The notes beneath the pieces are model-generated. The model did no database searches, was not told the DNA's origin, and saw only the letters and a list, made by a program, of their open reading frames with translations. Source: an uncultured bacterium (GTDB lineage Bacteria; Macinerneyibacteriota; Macinerneyibacteria; Macinerneyibacteriales; DSCS01). From it: a stretch of 11,501 nucleotides of DNA. Below, piece after piece: positions 8,152 to 11,501 of the stretch. The position numbers were made by a program, and so were the translations under genes. The stretch is from positions 1 through 11,501 of the forward strand of contig CAZJQC010000004.1 in assembly GCA_964548195.1 (NCBI GenBank). The letters run 5' to 3'. The first letter of the stretch is position 1. Each line of letters begins with the position of its first letter.

Positions 8152-8177
8152 GTACTGACTGTCGGTTGTAATAAAGG

Positions 8178-8204
8178 AAACGGCTCTTCGGAGCCGTTTT
8201 TTTT
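8178..8204 (+). terminator. Intrinsic terminator (cUUCGg tetraloop)
   Basis: AAACGGCTC, loop TTCG, GAGCCGTTT, followed by a T-run. Confidence 0.92.
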
Positions 8205-8245
8205 GTATATATTGCCGTCTATTGAACTGTTTCTGCCGTATGGAC

Positions 8246-8274
8246 TTGAAAAAAAGCCTGTCGGGGGATATCAT
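8246..8274 (+). promoter_or_regulatory. Putative sigma70 promoter
   Basis: TTGAAA-N17-TATCAT upstream of the RBS GGAGG of the CDS at 8300. Confidence 0.5.
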
Positions 8275-8299
8275 TGACCATAAGGACGGAGGTCTGATT

Positions 8300-8746
8300 A
8301 TGAAAGGTTTTTTTATCGCTTTACTGGTTATAGTCTCTGTCATGGCGGGATGCGGTAAAGTGGAAAATGTTGAAAACAGTTATGACGCTTTGGCGGAATG
8401 GTCCGATGACGAGGCCAATCTCTCATGGCTTCCGGATTTTGTGCCGGGGGAGGCCTTTAAGCTGAGGGAGATACACAATCTTGATACGAATCTTTATTTC
8501 GGGATGTATTCCTATAAGGACACACCTTTAAGGGAAGGCGTGAAAGTCCGTGTGGAGATCAGGAACACCGTGACGCTGAAGATGGCCGCGGTTGAGAGGC
8601 CGCCAAGGCCGAAATGGTTCGTTTCGGACAAGACGCTGCAGCGCAAAACAGATCTCAGGTTTTATTCGGTCGGAAACACATACTTCACGGAAGACACGAA
8701 AGCAAAGAGAGTATATTATTTTTCAGCGGCTGAAGGCGTTAAATAG
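8300..8746 (+). CDS. Lipoprotein, possibly YbbD-like
   Basis: 148 aa from the ATG at 8300 (RBS GGAGG at 8288-8292); signal MKGFFIALLVIVSVMAGC. The segment SWLPDFVP...IHNLDTN...G recalls the WLPD..P...D.N pattern of E. coli YbbD-like proteins (from memory, unverified). Confidence 0.75.
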   Translation: MKGFFIALLVIVSVMAGCGKVENVENSYDALAEWSDDEANLSWLPDFVPGEAFKLREIHNLDTNLYFGMYSYKDTPLREGVKVRVEIRNTVTLKMAAVERPPRPKWFVSDKTLQRKTDLRFYSVGNTYFTEDTKAKRVYYFSAAEGVK

Positions 8747-8825
8747 GGATCGCCCTCTGACTGTAAAAGGCATGTTCTTAGAGATCCGGCAGGTCTGCCG
8801 TACGTCTTGACCCGTATAATCGGGC

Positions 8826-8854
8826 TTGATTATTTTCCTGTATAACTGTAAAAT
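8826..8854 (+). promoter_or_regulatory. Putative sigma70 promoter for cobO and the pentapeptide gene
   Basis: TTGATT-N17-TAAAAT upstream of RBS AGGAGG. Confidence 0.5.
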
Positions 8855-8874
8855 TCCGTAAAAAGGAGGCGCAT

Positions 8875-9390
8875 ATGGAAAAGGGTTATGTGCACGTCTA
8901 TACAGGAGACGGCAAGGGTAAGACCACTGCGGCGCTGGGGCTTGCACTCAGGGCGGCATGCGCCGGCATGAAGGTATATTTCGGACAGTTTGTGAAAGGC
9001 ATGGATTACAGCGAACTTAAGGCGGAGAGTTTTGTCCCGGGTCTGGAGTTCCATCAGTTCGGCCGGGACTGTTTTATACACAAGGAGCCTGCGTCCGAGG
9101 ATATCGCGGCCGCGGTCAGCGGGCTTGCGGCTTGTGCCGAGGCCATGAGTTCGGGAAAATATGATATTGTCGTGCTGGATGAGCTGAATATTGCCCTGTA
9201 TTACGGCCTTTTCAGCGCATCGGACGCTGTCAACGCCGTATCGGCCAGGTCAGCGGGGACGGAAGTGATCATAACAGGCAGGAAAGCTCCGGATGAGATA
9301 CTCGACATAGCCGATCTGATCACGGAGATGAAAGAGATCAGCCACTATTATACAAAGGGCGTTCAGGCCAGGGAAGGCATAGAAAAATAA
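8875..9390 (+). CDS. cobO: ATP:cob(I)alamin adenosyltransferase, CobA/CobO/BtuR family
   Basis: 171 aa. YTGDGKGKTTAALGLALRA P-loop, plus QFVKG, YDIVVLDEL, EVIITGR, ADLITEM and AREGIE. Confidence 0.93.
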   Translation: MEKGYVHVYTGDGKGKTTAALGLALRAACAGMKVYFGQFVKGMDYSELKAESFVPGLEFHQFGRDCFIHKEPASEDIAAAVSGLAACAEAMSSGKYDIVVLDELNIALYYGLFSASDAVNAVSARSAGTEVIITGRKAPDEILDIADLITEMKEISHYYTKGVQAREGIEK

Positions 9391-9409
9391 CGGATGTTTC
9401 GGAGGAAAA

Positions 9410-10021
9410 GTGAAAATAGAGGATAAGACTATATACAAAAAAGAGGATTTTGAGGGGATGGATGATGAGGGTGAGGTGCTGGAAGTCTACGCGTCAGAGT
9501 TTCATGACTGTTCTTTCAAGCACGCCCATCTTGAGGAGATGAACACCAAAGCATGCCGTTTTGTTAATTGCGATTTCACGGGAACAAGGCTCAACTCCTC
9601 ATACCATCAGAACAGCGCCTTTCTCAACTGCCGTTTCAAGGGCAGCAGTCTGTTTGACGCTGAATTTGACAAATGCAAGATGACGGGGTCAGTCTTTGAT
9701 TCAGTGGATGCCTCTGCAATGAAGATAAGGGGCGGAGACTGGTCATACGTGATCTTTTCCGAGAATGACCTTAGAGGCCTTGATTTTTCAGGAGCCGTAC
9801 TTGTGGAAGCGGATTTTTATGGCTGCGATCTGAGAAAGGCCGTCTTTAAAAACGCGGACCTTACAAAGGCCCAGCTGACCGGAGCGAGGACTTTTGAGGC
9901 CGATATGCGGGGCGCCTCGGTTGACGGGGTCGATTTCAAGACATTCAGCATAAAGGGCGTGAAAATGGATATGCATCAGGCTGTCAGACTGGCCGAGTCC
10001 ATGGGCGCCGTTATCGGATAG
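9410..10021 (+). CDS. Pentapeptide-repeat protein, MfpA/Qnr-like
   Basis: 203 aa, GTG start with RBS GGAGG. Near-continuous (A/C)(D/N/x)(F/L)xx pentapeptides and a C-terminal helix QAVRLAESMG. Confidence 0.88.
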   Translation: MKIEDKTIYKKEDFEGMDDEGEVLEVYASEFHDCSFKHAHLEEMNTKACRFVNCDFTGTRLNSSYHQNSAFLNCRFKGSSLFDAEFDKCKMTGSVFDSVDASAMKIRGGDWSYVIFSENDLRGLDFSGAVLVEADFYGCDLRKAVFKNADLTKAQLTGARTFEADMRGASVDGVDFKTFSIKGVKMDMHQAVRLAESMGAVIG

Positions 10022-10181
10022 TATATTTGAGCATTAGAGGTATTTATACTTCGGGACGTCGATTCCGGAGACTTTGTTGTGCCACTCTGTTCATTTACTT
10101 AAAATATTTTTTGATATCGGCTTGGAAAAAATTTTATATTGTGTATAGTTGGTTTCCGATAAAAATTAACAGGGAGGTAGT

Positions 10182-10886
10182 ATGTTTAAAAGAACATTTT
10201 TGACACTGGTATTGGCAGTCACCTTTATTTTTGGTTCCGCTGAAGCGGCAAGATACAGGAAATATCCCGATAAATCGGGAAAGATCGTATATGAAGTGAC
10301 CGGAACGTCCACAGGCAGCAGGACTGTGTATTGGGACGATTACGGATACAGGGAGATCTCCGTCGATGACCTTGAGACCAAGCTGTTCGGTATGAAAAAG
10401 AAGGGCGTCAAGACCACTCTTATTCTAGGCCCTGACCAGTATACATGGGATGACGGCGATAACAGGGTGTTCAAAGCCCAAAATCCCGTAGCTGAAAAGT
10501 ATGAGAGAGAAGATTATAATTACGATGAGGTCGCGGCTTATGACAAGGCGCTGCTTGAAGGCCTCGGATTTGAGATCGTCGGCACAGATTCCGTCATGGG
10601 CAAGCCGTGCGATATATGGTCCGGCCTCGGAAGCAAAGTATGGGTGTGGAAAAACCATAATGTGTCTTTGAAATCAGAGAGTAATATTATGGGCATCAAG
10701 GTGAACATTCTGGCCACTGTGTTCGACGCGAACTGTTCCGTGCCCGGCAGCGTGTTCAATATCCCCGCGGGGCGCGAGATCATCGAGCCCGGCCAGGATT
10801 CCGCAGAGGATGAGGGTCCTTCCGACGAAGCCGAGATGGCCGGTCAGTTCATGAAAGGGCTGATTAAAAACCTTTCCGGCGAATGA
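10182..10886 (+). CDS. Secreted protein, possibly DUF4412/LolA-like fold
   Basis: 234 aa. Signal peptide ending near AEA; YPDKSGKIVY, YWDDYG and GTDSVMGKPCDIW (the G.e.i.G..C motif), with a C-terminal F.IP.G. RBS GGGAGG. Confidence 0.7.
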   Translation: MFKRTFLTLVLAVTFIFGSAEAARYRKYPDKSGKIVYEVTGTSTGSRTVYWDDYGYREISVDDLETKLFGMKKKGVKTTLILGPDQYTWDDGDNRVFKAQNPVAEKYEREDYNYDEVAAYDKALLEGLGFEIVGTDSVMGKPCDIWSGLGSKVWVWKNHNVSLKSESNIMGIKVNILATVFDANCSVPGSVFNIPAGREIIEPGQDSAEDEGPSDEAEMAGQFMKGLIKNLSGE

Positions 10887-10893
10887 TGACTTG

Positions 10894-10919
10894 AGGGGGC
10901 CGCCGGCCCCCTTTTTTTT
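10894..10919 (+). terminator. Intrinsic terminator
   Basis: AGGGGGCC, loop GCC, GGCCCCCT, followed by a T-run. Confidence 0.88.
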
Positions 10920-10920
10920 C

Positions 10921-10949
10921 TTGTCAAGAGACCCCGCAAGCTTTATTAT
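10921..10949 (+). promoter_or_regulatory. Putative sigma70 promoter
   Basis: TTGTCA-N17-TATTAT immediately after the terminator. Confidence 0.55.
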
Positions 10950-10974
10950 ATATGCTGTGTAAAAGGAAGTGGTA

Positions 10975-11274
10975 ATGAATCCGGGAATCATGGCCGTTAT
11001 CATAGTGGTGCTGATGCTTGCCGCGCAGCGGCGAAGGGCGGTCTTTTTTATTGCCGCCGTGCTCAATCGAAGACAAGGGGGAAACATGGATATGTCTGTC
11101 CTTAAATCATATGTGGGGCGAAAAGTCAGGATAAGAAGCATTGATTCGAACATGTCATATGAAGAGGGCTTTATTGAGAACATACTCGATTCATGGATAG
11201 TCCTGAAGGACAAAAAAGGACGTGAAAAACTTATAAAAGCTCAATACATCGCTAAAATAGATATCATCGCATGA
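10975..11274 (+). CDS. Small protein with an N-terminal hydrophobic anchor and a C-terminal Sm/SH3-like beta domain (DUF6897-like)
   Basis: 99 aa from the ATG at 10975 (RBS AAGGAAG). Hydrophobic IMAVIIVVLMLAA, then LKSYVGRKVRI...EGFIENILDSWIVL...LIKAQYIAKI, an Sm-like pattern. Alternative start at the ATG at 11086 with RBS AAGGGGG. Confidence 0.65.
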   Translation: MNPGIMAVIIVVLMLAAQRRRAVFFIAAVLNRRQGGNMDMSVLKSYVGRKVRIRSIDSNMSYEEGFIENILDSWIVLKDKKGREKLIKAQYIAKIDIIA

Positions 11275-11395
11275 TCGAAAAAAACGGGGCGGGCGTGTGT
11301 TTGCTCGGGCCGGTGTCGCATATACTGAATATCGCGCTTAAAAAAGACCACAAGCGGTCGTTTTTCGGCATTGCCGGAAAAGATGGGAGATTATT

Positions 11396-11501
11396 ATGAA
11401 AATATCTGTGATGGTGATAATCACGGCATTCATACTCTTTGGCACGGGTTGCGGAAACAAAGAGGCCGAACTTGGCGTTTTTGAGCAGGCGGAGCGGGTA
11501 G
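11396..11501 (+). CDS. N-terminus of a lipoprotein, truncated by the window end (absent from the ORF track)
   Basis: RBS GGGAG, then MKISVMVIITAFILFGTGCGNKEAELGVFEQAERV..., with lipobox-like GTGC and an open frame to the edge. Confidence 0.7.
   Translation, partial: MKISVMVIITAFILFGTGCGNKEAELGVFEQAERV

Noticed and set aside
8222..8299. Upstream TTG start extension of the 8222-8746 ORF
   Set aside because: The ATG at 8300 has a GGAGG RBS and yields a proper lipoprotein signal peptide; the extension overlaps the predicted promoter.
406..9390. gldA and cobO as parts of a B12-dependent glycerol fermentation (dha) cluster
   Set aside because: They are more than 7 kb apart on opposite strands, and no glycerol dehydratase, dhaT or dhaKL genes are in the window.
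3126..11213. Minus-strand ORFs 3126-3662, 4009-4413, 10674-11213 and other short ones
   Set aside because: Antisense to confident CDSs, with no RBS or domain evidence.

Overview
Bacterial window, apparently accessory or metabolic genes of an anaerobe (inferred from gene content; taxon not determinable). The left edge (1-236) is a non-coding, strand-asymmetric, modular GGAC tandem repeat made of 9- and 10-nt modules arranged in a 47-bp higher-order unit. It is truncated by the window and followed by two + strand hairpins, the second terminator-like. Next come minus-strand gldA (glycerol dehydrogenase), whose sigma70 promoter is bracketed by two Rex/CRP-type palindromes, and a minus-strand MFS transporter. 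Divergent from these is a plus-strand run: a Cys-rich DUF3795-like protein; an overlapping four-gene operon (DUF89/ARMT1 phosphatase, GNAT, KynB-like cyclase, SAM methyltransferase); two tandem paralogous unknown lipoproteins; a YbbD-like lipoprotein; cobO/btuR; an MfpA-like pentapeptide-repeat protein; a secreted DUF4412-like protein; a small membrane-anchored Sm-like protein with a possible internal start; and a truncated lipoprotein. No rRNA, tRNA, CRISPR array, transposase or integrase was recognised. All family calls come from motif recognition by eye, not from database searches.
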